This document shows, piece after piece, positions 53,276-64,000 of a DNA stretch of 64,000 nt. Made by a program: the position numbers and the translations under genes. The stretch's first letter is position 1. Each line of letters begins with the position of its first letter. Where the stretch lies: the NCBI GenBank assembly GCA_009914755.4, contig CP086569.2, positions 7,264,001-7,328,000 of the forward strand. The letters run 5' to 3'. The stretch comes from the human T2T-CHM13v2.0 reference genome, Homo sapiens. Under the pieces are notes generated by a model. That model did not search any database. It was not told the origin of the DNA and saw only the letters and a program-made list of their open reading frames with translations.

Positions 53276-55014
53276 CCAGCCTCAAGTTTAGAGATAAAGG
53301 CTAAGGAATATATTGTAAACCATATAAATAAACATAATTGCAGGTTCTCTAGAGAGCTGTAAGAAACCACTGAAAAATTGCCATTGTGGACAAGGCTGCT
53401 GGCGACAATGTAATGAAAGCAAAGGAGTGGGTCCTTCCCCAGTGAGCCTTTAGATGATACCAGAGGCCGACTTGGCATTTCCACTGCAGCTTTTTGAGAG
53501 ACATGAAACCTAGATGTATGCAGTTTTTTTTTGTTTGCTTGTGTTTGTTTTTTATTTTGTGTGTGTGTGCATGTGTGTGTGTGTAAGCATGCATACATAA
53601 CCAGTTGAACAAACTAGGGTCACCCACACAATGGAATATGATGCAGCTTTTTGTAGATCTTGTAGAATTCATCCTGAATCTATCAGTTCTTGTTTTTTTA
53701 TTTTTTTTGGCTGGTAGGTTACTTATTAGTAATAATTCCATGTCAGAAATTGAAATTGGACAGGCTGGAGCTGAGACTGGGTCCACTTAGATTCTGTTGT
53801 GGAACAGAGAATGGCATGCTTGTAATTTTGGTTGTGATGGTTACTGGAAGGTCTCTGAACAGATGGGCTAGTTCTGCCTGCAGCAAGAGAGCCTGGGGCT
53901 GACAATCAGCTCCCTTGACATCTGCTGTTGAACAGATCATTTAGAGCCTGGTCTCTGCTAAGAAAGTTGCATATTGCCCAGAAAGTTTCTCAAAGATATG
54001 GTTCCTTGACTAAAGTGGAAGGGCCAGAGCTGAGAGTGGGTCTTCCCCATAGTGGGCAGAGGCTGGAGAGTCTAGATTCATTTTCTGCCGGACAGAGCAT
54101 GGATAGACTACATTCATTGGCTCAGGTAGGCATGTTCCCCAGCACCATAGTTGCTTCCCAGTAGCACTGGGGGGGTCTGGAGATGAGACTGGGATTCTCT
54201 GTTTCTCAATAAGTCACATGCTCTAGAGATTCTAATCCAGTGATTTCCATTAGATATATCAGAAGTGATCTTCCTTCCAGGGGTACCAAGCCTTATTATA
54301 AAACTACTTGCCCACTGGGTCCAGGTGGGGCCAGAAACTTCATCCTTAACCACTAAGTTACCTCTGCTTTTCAGCCTGGGGATGGGTGGAGCACACAGGG
54401 CTAGGATGGTCAAAAGTATGGAACCTGGGATTGGGTGGGGTAACATGCCCCTTCCAATGTTTAATCACCAAGCTACCAAGCTACCTGTTTGTCACAGCTT
54501 TGGAAGTTTTGCAAATAAAACCAGGATGGGATTGGGCAATTGGCCAGTGATTTGAGCCTGGTAGACCCATCAACCATGTTTGGTTACTGCAGAATGATAC
54601 TGTTGCCTAGTTTGTCTGATGGTGCACGTCTGCTGGCTGGAATGCAAAGCTACAAGTAAGATTACTGTTACAGTCACTGTGAGCCCCATCCATGTACTTT
54701 GTTTCTAACTGAACCCAGTTGTCTGATAACCCCAATATTTCCCACAGGGTAAGACTAGAGAGAAAATCATGTGAAGAATTGCAAAATGGAAAAGAAAAGT
54801 CACCTTCAACTCTCTCCTCTGTGAAGAAACTGTGAGTCCAGGGAAATTTTTTGTATGCAACACTGTGCTGGCCTGGGGAGGAGAAAAAGCATCAAATTAA
54901 AACTGTTCTTTTATCCTGTGTGTGTGGCTATTCTCAGATCCACAGTTGAAAAATGTGTCATATATTCAATCCCAAGTTATAGAATTATTCACTAAGGTGT
55001 CCTTATCTAACAAT

Positions 55015-55062
55015 AGTGTTTTTTTTTGTTTTTTTTTTTTTGTTTTTTTTTTTTTTTTTTTT
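55015..55062. repeat. T-rich homopolymeric tract (Tn with interspersed G)
   Basis: tgtttttttttgtttttttttttttgtttttttttttttttttttttg. Confidence 0.9.
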
Positions 55063-55154
55063 GTGGAGAGGGTGGGAATTGGCAGAATCACAGAATGCCT
55101 ATTCTGGCACATCGGACCCTAGAAACAGACAAGTTAAAATAGAAGACTGGTATA

Positions 55155-55462
55155 GGCTGAGCACAGTGGCTCACGCCTGTAACCCCAGCAGTTTGGGAGG
55201 CCAAGGCAGGCATATCCCGTGGTCAGGAGGTCGAGACCATCCTGGCTAACATGGTGAAATCCCCTCTCTGTTAAACACACACACAAAAAAAAAAAAAGAA
55301 ATAGTCAGGCCTGGTGGCACGTGCCTATAGTCCCAGCTACTCTGAAGGTTCAGGCAGGAGTATCACCTAAACCTGGGAGGTGGAAGTCAAAGTGAGCTGA
55401 GATCACACCACTGCACACCAACCTGGGTGACAGAGTGAGACTCGATCTCAAAAAAAAAAAAA
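55155..55462 (+). mobile_element. Alu SINE, sense
   Basis: ggctgagcacagtggctcacgcctgtaaccccagcagtttgggaggccaaggcaggcatatcccgtggtcaggaggtcgagaccatcctggctaacatggtgaaatcccc...gtgacagagtgagactcgatctcaaaaaaaaaaaaa. Confidence 0.9.
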
Positions 55463-56418
55463 TACTGGTCCTAATGGAGGAGTTTAAAAGGTTAGAGTGC
55501 TTCCATGGAGAAGCTAAAAGCTAGAGGAAGCCAAGGGCTGGATTTAAGGAAGAGCTCACGGGACCATTGAAAACCACCTCTTTGTTCTCTATGGAATGCA
55601 GGAAATAGTGAATGCTGATCTCCACTGCTTACTGATATAGGCAAGTTATCAGCCAGAGAAACATAGTCTGTTTGTGTTCCTATAAAAGAATATGAGACTG
55701 GAAAATTTATAAAGAAAAGAGCTTTCATTGTCTCCTGGTTCTTCAGGCTGTAAAAGATATGTGGTGCCAGCATCCACATCTGGTGAGAGGTTTCTGAGGC
55801 TTCCACTCAGTACAGAAGGAAAAAGGAAAACAGGCATGTCACATGTAGAGAGAGCAAGAGAGAGAAGGGGAGAAGGTATCAGCCTTTTTTCAACAACCTG
55901 TTTGGATGTAAGCTCCACTGTGGGAATCAATACAGTGGAAGACTCAATTATTAACCATGGCAAGGGCGCCAAGCCATTTATGAGGGATCCAGCCCCATGA
56001 CACAAACAAACACCCCCCACTATGCGCCATTTACAGTGTGGAGGACCACATTTCAGCCTAAGGCTTGGAGGGACAAATGTCCAAACTATATCAATAGGCA
56101 AGTTTAAAAATCATGCAGAGTTATTGTAAAACAATCTCTTTTTTTTTCTTTTTAGAATCCTGGGACTACAAAAAACTGTGCTTCATTAGCTTCCAGAGAA
56201 GTCAGGGCCATAATTGGGTAGTTTTGGTACTACCAAAATTTGGTAATTTTACTTCTTGGAAGTAAAATTTAGAAGCTCTGTTTATTGCTAGAGTGAGTGA
56301 TGATGAAGACTGAAGAGAAATGCATATGTGCATGCTCTCAGAGGACCTTGACAGATCCAAAAGTCAGGAGGATTAGAAGCAAGATACCTGGGCAGAAGCT
56401 ATAAAAGTCAAGATATGG

Positions 56419-57307
<889 letters not shown>

Positions 57308-58114
57308 ATAAAGAAGTCAAGGCGTTAGATGTACAATCTAAGTTCTTCAAGGTACAAAGTGGGAACTGAGCTTTCTTGACTGCTTGAGATCCAGTAAGTG
57401 AGGAGGAAACAGTTTCAGAAGTGTTTGAATGTATATTTAAATCCCTCTTTTATTTTGGAGGTCCTAAGAGAGTTATGAATGCCAATCTGTGTTAGAATTC
57501 AGAGATAGGCAAGTTAGGAATCATTTCGTTGAGAAGCAGCTGTTAACAGATGGGGCATTACATAGGTGGTTTAGTACTTCAGTCCTCTGAGAGAAGCTGT
57601 GAAATAACAGTTCCCTGCTGATTCTAGGGCACTGGGTCAGACATAAACCCTAGAACAAGATCAGAATTCAGTTTTTCTTACCTCTTTTAAAGTGAGTATT
57701 TTCATAATTGTATGTGCAAGAGTATCCCAACTTCTTTCTGAGTTTATCTCATAGGGAATTGATGTGGGTGTGGCTTTTTATTTGTTGCATTTGTGGATGA
57801 AGGAACAAATTAGAGCCTCCTATTTTATCACCTTGTTGGAGATACCCTTTTTATTTACTTTTTACTTATTTAAAAAAATGTGTACATAACAATTGCAGAT
57901 ACTTTTGGCATACATGCTATATTTTGATACAAGTAACGTAAACTGGTAAGGAAGGGATCAAAGAGGGGTTGGGGTGGGTTCAATTATGGTTGCTTAGAAG
58001 GAATAAGATCTAGTGTTCAGTGGCACAGGATGAGAATACTTAGTAACGATTTATTGTATATCTCAAAACAATTAAAAGAGCAAAGGTGGAATGGCGCTAA
58101 CACCAAGAAATGAC

Positions 58115-58425
58115 ATGCCAGACTCAGAGGCTCACAGCTATAATCACAACACTTTGGGAGGCCAAGGAAGGAGGATCAGTTAAACCTGGAAGTTTGAGAC
58201 CAGCCTGAACAACATATCCAAAGCATTGTCCCTACCACACACACACAAACACAAAAGCTGGGCACGGTGGTTGGTGTGTGTCTGTAATTCCAGCTACTTG
58301 GGAGGCTGAAATGGAAGGCTTGCACATTTGAACCCCGTGTTCAAGGCTGCAGTGAGCTATGATGGTGCCACTGCAGTCTAGGCTGGACAACAGTGTGAGA
58401 CCTTGTCTCTAAAAAAGAAAAAAGA
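58115..58425 (+). mobile_element. Old Alu (AluJ-like), sense
   Basis: ccagactcagaggctcacagctataatcacaacactttgggaggccaaggaaggaggatcagttaaacctggaagtttgagaccagcctgaacaac...gctgggcacggtggttggtgtgtgtctgtaattccagctacttgggaggctgaaatggaagg...gaccttgtctctaaaaaagaaaaaag. Confidence 0.8.
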
Positions 58426-58489
58426 ATCGACAAGTGCTTCAACTGAAGGATACCCTATTTATTATTTATATATTTGTTGATTGATATAA

Positions 58490-58780
58490 TTATTTTTGAG
58501 ATGGAGTCTCTCTCTGTCACCCAGGCTAACGTGCATGGTGCAACATTGGCTCACTACAGCTTCAGGTTCCCAAGTTCAAACAATTCTCCTGCCTGAACCT
58601 CCCAATTAACTGTAACATACTACAGGTATGCACCACCACACCTGGCTAATTTTTGTATTTTTGGTAAAAATAGGGTTTCATGGTGTTGGCCAGCCTGGTT
58701 TTCAACTCCTGATCTAAAGTGATCTGCAAGCCTTGGCCTCCCCAAGTGTTGGCATTAAAGACCTGAGCCATCACACCTGG
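58490..58780 (-). mobile_element. Alu SINE, antisense
   Basis: tttttgagatggagtctctctctgtcacccaggctaacgtgcatggtgcaacattggctcactacagc...gcctggctaatttttgtatttttggtaaaaatagggtttcatggtgttggccagcctgg...cacacctgg. Confidence 0.85.
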
Positions 58781-59261
58781 ACAGTAAGATAGCCAAGACC
58801 AGGGAGTTTTATCTTTTCACTTCATCCTCACAATCCTATGTTACAGGTAAATGAAAACACAACTTCATAAATGAATAACTCACTTGAAAATCAACGTTTG
58901 TAACTTTCCCTTTAAAATTATTTACACCCTTACCCTAAAAAAGTGATGATCTTCTCTAAATTTTCTCAAGAAAATACTTCCTTCTTGTAGATTAGTCTGT
59001 TAATTATAAGAATCATAGACTGTGAAACTTCTGGAACTACATGTATTTCTGGAACTTCATGAAAACACATGAATTAACCAGGACAATTAATTAGTTTAGT
59101 TATTTAGGTCCAAATCTTTTTATTTTTATCATTTGATGATTTCTTATACCTTTAAGCAATCTCATCTGAAACTTTATGCTGTTGTTTATGTTTTATACAC
59201 TTCACTTTCCCAAAAGTACGAGGTTTAAGTGTTTCCATTCATATCATCAATTAAATCTGAT

Positions 59262-59547
59262 AGGCTGAGAGTGGTGGCTCACGCCTGTAATCTTAGCACT
59301 TTGGGAGTCCAACTAGGGTGGATTAGGATTTTAAGACCAGCCTGGCAAACATGGTGAAACACTGTCTGTACTAAAAATACACAAAATTAGCCAGCTGTGG
59401 TTGCACACATATCTAATACCAGTTACTCAGGATGCTGATGCAGGAGAATAGCTTAGACTTAGAAGGCGGAGGTTGCAGTAAGCCAAGATGGAGCCACTGC
59501 ACCCTAGCTTGGGCAACAAAGCTACGCTCCATCTAAAAAAAAAAAAA
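59262..59547 (+). mobile_element. Alu SINE (older, diverged), sense
   Basis: aggctgagagtggtggctcacgcctgtaatcttagcactttgggagtccaactagggtggattaggattttaagaccagcctggcaaacatggtgaaacactgtctgtactaaaaatacacaaaattagccagctgtggttgcacac...ccatctaaaaaaaaaaaaa. Confidence 0.85.
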
Positions 59548-60422
59548 TAGGTAAAATCCCAACCATTCTAGATTTTTCCCATTTGTAAGAACTTATTACT
59601 AAACCATTACTTACAACAACCATTGTCAAAACTTTCATGAAAAAATTAACATGAGTACCTCCCAAGACAAAACACTTACTTTCCACTATTTAAACTAGGA
59701 ACATTTAATTTCATTATGCTATGCACTTGAGAAACTTAGCTGGTTCACTTTTGATTTAGGTAAAAAAGAATTTTCATTACTATTATCCTCCTTCAGTCAC
59801 AGAATGCTGCAAGTAGAATGTTCCAGATATCTTAAACTTTAGTATCAACCGCATCTAATTATTTCCTTTCACCTACACTATTCCTCTAAAAATAAACGTT
59901 TTATTGTGAGACAGATAGTTTTGTAGTCTTTCTGAAAACTTCTCAAACATTTTAAGCTTGTACGTTTTTAAAGAGAAACAGCCTAATTAGAAAACTTGTG
60001 CAGCTTGCAAGAAGACATAACATATGCCTAATTTTGTATCTATTCATGTTAAAAGAAACAAAGGAAAATATTCAACAACACAATTTACTCTCCTACTGAA
60101 TTTGTTTTTAAGCATGTGCAGCTAAGCAATAACACCAGCCATTTTGCATTGTAAAATTTTATTCTGAAAATTTTAATGTAGATATTACATCTAAACAGAT
60201 AGTTTTCAAATAGCATTAACAAGTAGGAAATTAATTTGAAAAAAAAATCCTTTTCCTTTGAATACTTCAAAAAATTCATGGGGGAAGTTAGTATCTACCT
60301 CTCTCCACAAAACCAACATGTTTCTTTTAGTAACACGCAGGTAACAATGCAGAAATAACATGTCAATTTTTGATTTGCAAACAAGGTTTGGTATGCAATA
60401 ACTATTATTTTGAATACTTGCT

Positions 60423-60722
60423 TTAATATCTGCTTCGGTCTCCTTTTTCAGATCAACTTTCCCCATCATCTCCTATAGATGCCACATAACTTGAGCTCCA
60501 TATGCTTCACGAGGAGCAGGGTGCAACCCATCCAGAGAAGATGGATTCCTTTGGTCTTTTCTACCAACATGCTCATGACCACAAGAATCAAAATCACCAC
60601 AGCTCCTTGAGTAACTCTCTGACTTTTGCCATATCTATCTCGTGTATTATTATAATCATGGCGGGTGCTTCCACCATAAGACATCCGAAGCCCTCGTGCA
60701 GGTGGTGCACCATGAGAGGTCC
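60423..60722 (-). pseudogene. RBMY: RBMY-family terminal coding exon (disabled), with the TAA stop at 60423-60425 and about 280 nt of 3'UTR continuing to about 60140
   Basis: Acceptor is ttattttatcaaccctgcag|GGACCTCTCATGG. The peptide segments match the RBMY C-terminus in three successive frames, with two 1-bp deletions and one CGA>TGA. An AATAAA signal lies at about 60158-60163 on the minus strand. Confidence 0.75.
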
Positions 60723-61129
60723 CTGCAGGGTTGATAAAATAATATGTTCGACTACATTTAAACATTTTTACTGCTATCACTAAAGCATGAATTAGTTAAA
60801 GTACTATTTGGAAATGTGTGCTTTCCTCTGCCTTTGTTGATAGGATATTAATTAAGCCTGCAATAGTAGGTCTTATTTAAAAGAAGTGTAAGTATAGTAT
60901 TTTGAAGCTGGACAAGTTTAATTCTAAAGTAAAGGTTGAGTCACATTTTCTAAACTTGAAATGAAGTTCTCACCTTCATATCGTTCCCTATGTTTTATAT
61001 TGTTAAGAATACTCAATATTTAAACACGTTATATTTGTCCTTCCTAACTTTCCTTAGAATTTCATTAAAATAACAATCTGGTCTATTAAATATAATTCTA
61101 TAATTTACAAATCCATCCAGGATCCTTAC

Positions 61130-61218
61130 CATATCTCTGAAATGCATCTCTATAAGAACTTCCACTTAGATGTTCAGAATGATCTCTACCATAGCCCTCA
61201 CCGTAGCCACCACAATCA
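61130..61218 (-). pseudogene. RBMY: RBMY-family exon (89 nt) encoding [31 protein letters not shown]
   Basis: Acceptor is ttttctattttttttagtttag|TGATTGTGGTGGCTACGG. Donor is CAGAGATATG|gtaaggatcctgg. The phase is consistent with the flanking exons. It matches RBMY1 ...[28 protein letters not shown]. Confidence 0.8.
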
Positions 61219-61307
61219 CTAAACTAAAAAAAATAGAAAAGTTTTCTTAATGTCAGAATGAACAATTTAAGAAATCTATTTATTAAAGCCAGATGACGTT
61301 ATAGTAC

Positions 61308-61418
61308 CTACATCCTCTAGAGGAATGTTCATCCCGACTAGAGCGACCATAATCACGATATGCATAGTCTCAAGGTGGTGGAGCATAATCCCTGGTTTCT
61401 CAGGAACTTGGATGATTT
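61308..61418 (-). pseudogene. RBMY: RBMY-family SRGY-box exon (111 nt = 37 codons) carrying two in-frame TGA codons
   Basis: Acceptor is cttatgcacacag|AAATCATCCAAG. Donor is GAGGATGTAG|gtactataac. It translates (phase 2) as [35 protein letters not shown]. The 111-nt length equals one SRGY repeat unit. Only one box exon is visible here, whereas RBMY1 has four. Confidence 0.8.
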
Positions 61419-61627
61419 CTGTGTGCATAAGTTTAAGCAACCAATTTTGAAATTTCAACTTCTAGTATCCAAAACATCACTAAGTTACAATTAAAACCAA
61501 ATTAAAGGGCCAAACATCTAAATAAATTTCACTCCAAATAAAATAGGCAAATGCCCCAAAATCACATGGAACAGATACTCATAATCAGTGATGCAGAAAA
61601 ATCCATTTCAAATCCAGAATGAGATAC

Positions 61628-62193
61628 TGAGAGGTGACAGCGTACTGGCAGCCCTTGCAGCCTTCGCTGGCTCTCGGTGCCTCCTCGGCCTTGGTGCCCA
61701 CTCTGGCGGCGCTTGAGGAGCCCTTCAGACTGCCGCTGCACTGTGGGAGCTCCTTTCTGGCTGGCCAAGGCTGGAGCCGGCTCCCTCAGCTTGCGGGGAG
61801 GTGTGGAGGAGGGAGAGACGCCGACGGGAACCAGGGCTGTGCTCGGTGCTTGTGGGCCAGAGCGAGTTCCGGGTGGGCGTGGGATCGGTGGACACCGCAC
61901 TGGAGCGGCAGGATGGCCCACAAGCCCCAGGCAGTGAGGGGCTTACCACCTGGGCCAGCAGCTGCTGTGCTCCATTTCTCGCGGGGCCTTAGCTGCCTCC
62001 CCGCAGAGCAGGGCTCGGGACCTGCAGCCGGCCATGCCTGAGCCCACACCCCGGCCCCGCTGCCCTCCCCCTGCCACCCCGGGATCCCCTCCCCCCGCCA
62101 GCCCCGGCTCCCCTCCCCCTGCCCCCCCTCCGCCCTCCCCCTGCCAGAGACCACGAACCCACCAGAAGGAAGAAACTCCGAATACATCCTCAC
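61628..62193 (+). mobile_element. LTR12 (ERV9 LTR) fragment, sense on + and so antisense to the RBMY copy, lying inside an RBMY intron. It has the 5' about 430 bp plus a short U5 piece. The U3 repeat and TATA region are replaced by a C-rich low-complexity tract.
   Basis: Starts tgagaggtgacagcgtactggcagcccttgcagccttcgctggctctcggtgcctcc...gaggagcccttcagactgccgctgcactgtgggagctcctttctggctggccaaggctggagccgg, compared with the LTR12 5' end tgagaggtgagagcgtgctggcagtcctcagagccctcgcttgctctcggcacctcc. It ends agagaccacgaacccaccagaaggaagaaactccgaatacatcc, which is an LTR12 U5 segment. Confidence 0.8.
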
Positions 62194-62437
<244 letters not shown>

Positions 62438-62927
62438 CTACACCAATTACCTGCTCTTTTGCTTGAAAACTAGGGGAAAAAAGAAATTATCATAGATTAG
62501 TATACATAAGTCAACATTATCTCCATACGTACCGCAAAGCCATGAACCAAAAGCTATTCTTGGTTTCTACCACAGCTTAAAACACTAATTTATAAGAGTG
62601 ACTACAAATGTACTTTCTGCTATGTGCCAGAAAGTGAGCTAGATGTAACAGAAAGAGAAGCAACTAGCAAGACTTAAATATGCACTATATACAACTTCAC
62701 AATCAATAGATTAATACATGGTACAGTGAGTACAAAATACCTATGTTATGCAATGAGGAAGAAAATATGAAATCTAAGTGGTTTTTGAAGCATAAATTTT
62801 ATTTATGAGACACACACAGGGAAGGATAATTCTCAAGAAGTCTAAAAAAGCACTTTGGGGATAGCGTGAAGACTAACAGGACCTAAAAACAGATTGGGAT
62901 GTTATTTATTATTATTTTTATTTGTTA

Positions 62928-63212
62928 TTTTTTTTAGATGGCGTCTTGCTCTGTCCCTAGCCTGAAGTGTAGTGGCATGATCTTGGCCACTGCAACCTCC
63001 GCCTCCCAGTTTCAAATGATTCCCCTGCCTCAGCCTACTGAGTAGCTGGAACTACAGACACACACCACCATGCATGGCTATTTTTTTTTGTATTTTAGGA
63101 GACGGGTTTTCACCATGTTGGCCATGATGGTTTTGTTCTCCTGACCTCATGATCTGCCCGCCTCAGCCTCTCAAAGTGCTGGGATTACAGGCATGAGCCA
63201 CCACGCCTGGCC
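62928..63212 (-). mobile_element. Alu SINE, antisense
   Basis: tttttttttagatggcgtcttgctctgtccctagcctgaagtgtagtggcatgatcttggccactgcaacctccgcctcccag...ctcaaagtgctgggattacaggcatgagccaccacgcctggcc. Confidence 0.85.
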
Positions 63213-64000
63213 TGATTGGGATAATGTTACACAGCAAAAAAGCTCTAAAGGGCCCATAATGGAATGATCTTGACTAAAGTGTAAAGGAATTCAATAGTTA
63301 CTTGAATTACATGAAAGTTTAAAGCTTTAGTAAACACACAATCCCAGATTTAAGACTCAGTAGGACAAGAGACCATTTGCTGGATCAAACAAGTCCTCAA
63401 CACACAGGGGAAATGAGTAATTAGGTATTCATGTTACATAAATCACTCTGGTGACAGGAAAAAAAAAATGTCCTTAGGAGAAAAGAGCAAGGATGGGGCA
63501 AAAATGCCAGTTACTTCTGTTATACAACTTCAAAGTTCTCATATTATTTTCTATTTTCAAGTACTTAACACTTCCTTAAATGTAAAGGTCTTATTGAAAT
63601 ATACTTTCTTAAGAATGTGTTTTCAGAAAATGGGAGACAATCTTTCTTTCTTGTGAGTCTGTCTAGATATCTATCCACAGTTTGACTATGCTATAGAAGT
63701 ATTTCCATGAGTTGGAAGTAATTACATTAATGGCATTTAATAAATGTTGACTTATCTCTTTCATTTACATGAGGGTTCCTTATAAGTTTTAAAGCTCTTT
63801 GAAACCTGTGAAAATCTATTTACACTCATATTGGAATACAAACATAGAAAAATGTTACCATATATTAATTTATGTAATGTTAATTCCAATACCCTTCCAA
63901 CTACACTCGCATGTATATAGCACAAAGAAGAGGATGGCTTCATATGGCATTCTACTATCTTCAAAATTTAGTAACATTAAAAAGACCTAGAAATACTGTT

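Noticed and set aside
60502-60783. 93-aa + strand ORF ([13 protein letters not shown]...)
   Set aside because: It is the antisense-strand shadow of the RBMY-family terminal exon, which is encoded on the minus strand. The minus-strand reading matches RBMY in three frames, and the + strand reading matches nothing.

Overview
This window is primate (almost certainly human) nuclear DNA, not a prokaryotic locus. It has no operons, CRISPR arrays, rRNA or tRNA genes and no defence-island-like system. About half of it is interspersed repeats. There are at least 17 Alu copies or fragments, including a young tandem AluY pair. There are five L1 pieces, one of them a twin-primed inverted L1. A roughly 9.5 kb HERV-K (HML, betaretrovirus-like) provirus lies on the minus strand. 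Its gag (nucleocapsid zinc knuckle), dUTPase, RT, RNase H, integrase and env are all recognisable but heavily mutated. That provirus is interrupted by a solo ERV9 LTR12, by a second unclassified LTR in opposite orientation, and by an L1 fragment. The window also holds a MER1-like hAT MITE and several microsatellites: (AC)20, (TTCC)14, (TA)n and CT/GA-rich tracts. The only cellular gene-like signal is at the 3' end of the window, on the minus strand, where three GT-AG-bounded exons encode RBMY-type RNA-binding-motif protein segments. These are one 111-bp SRGY-box exon, the exon encoding '[20 protein letters not shown]', and the terminal '[11 protein letters not shown]...SRY*' exon. They carry at least two frameshifts and several CGA>TGA nonsense codons. 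This is therefore the 3' part of an intron-containing RBMY-family pseudogene, which places the window on the Y chromosome. A repeat-free, GC-rich block of about 4.5 kb (45.6-50.1 kb) has no recognisable coding content. It contains a TATA-like box followed by an ATG|GT configuration and is the main unexplained segment. All identifications rest on my reading of the sequence and on consensus motifs recalled from memory. No database search was possible. Subfamily names and coordinates (about +/-15 bp) are approximate.
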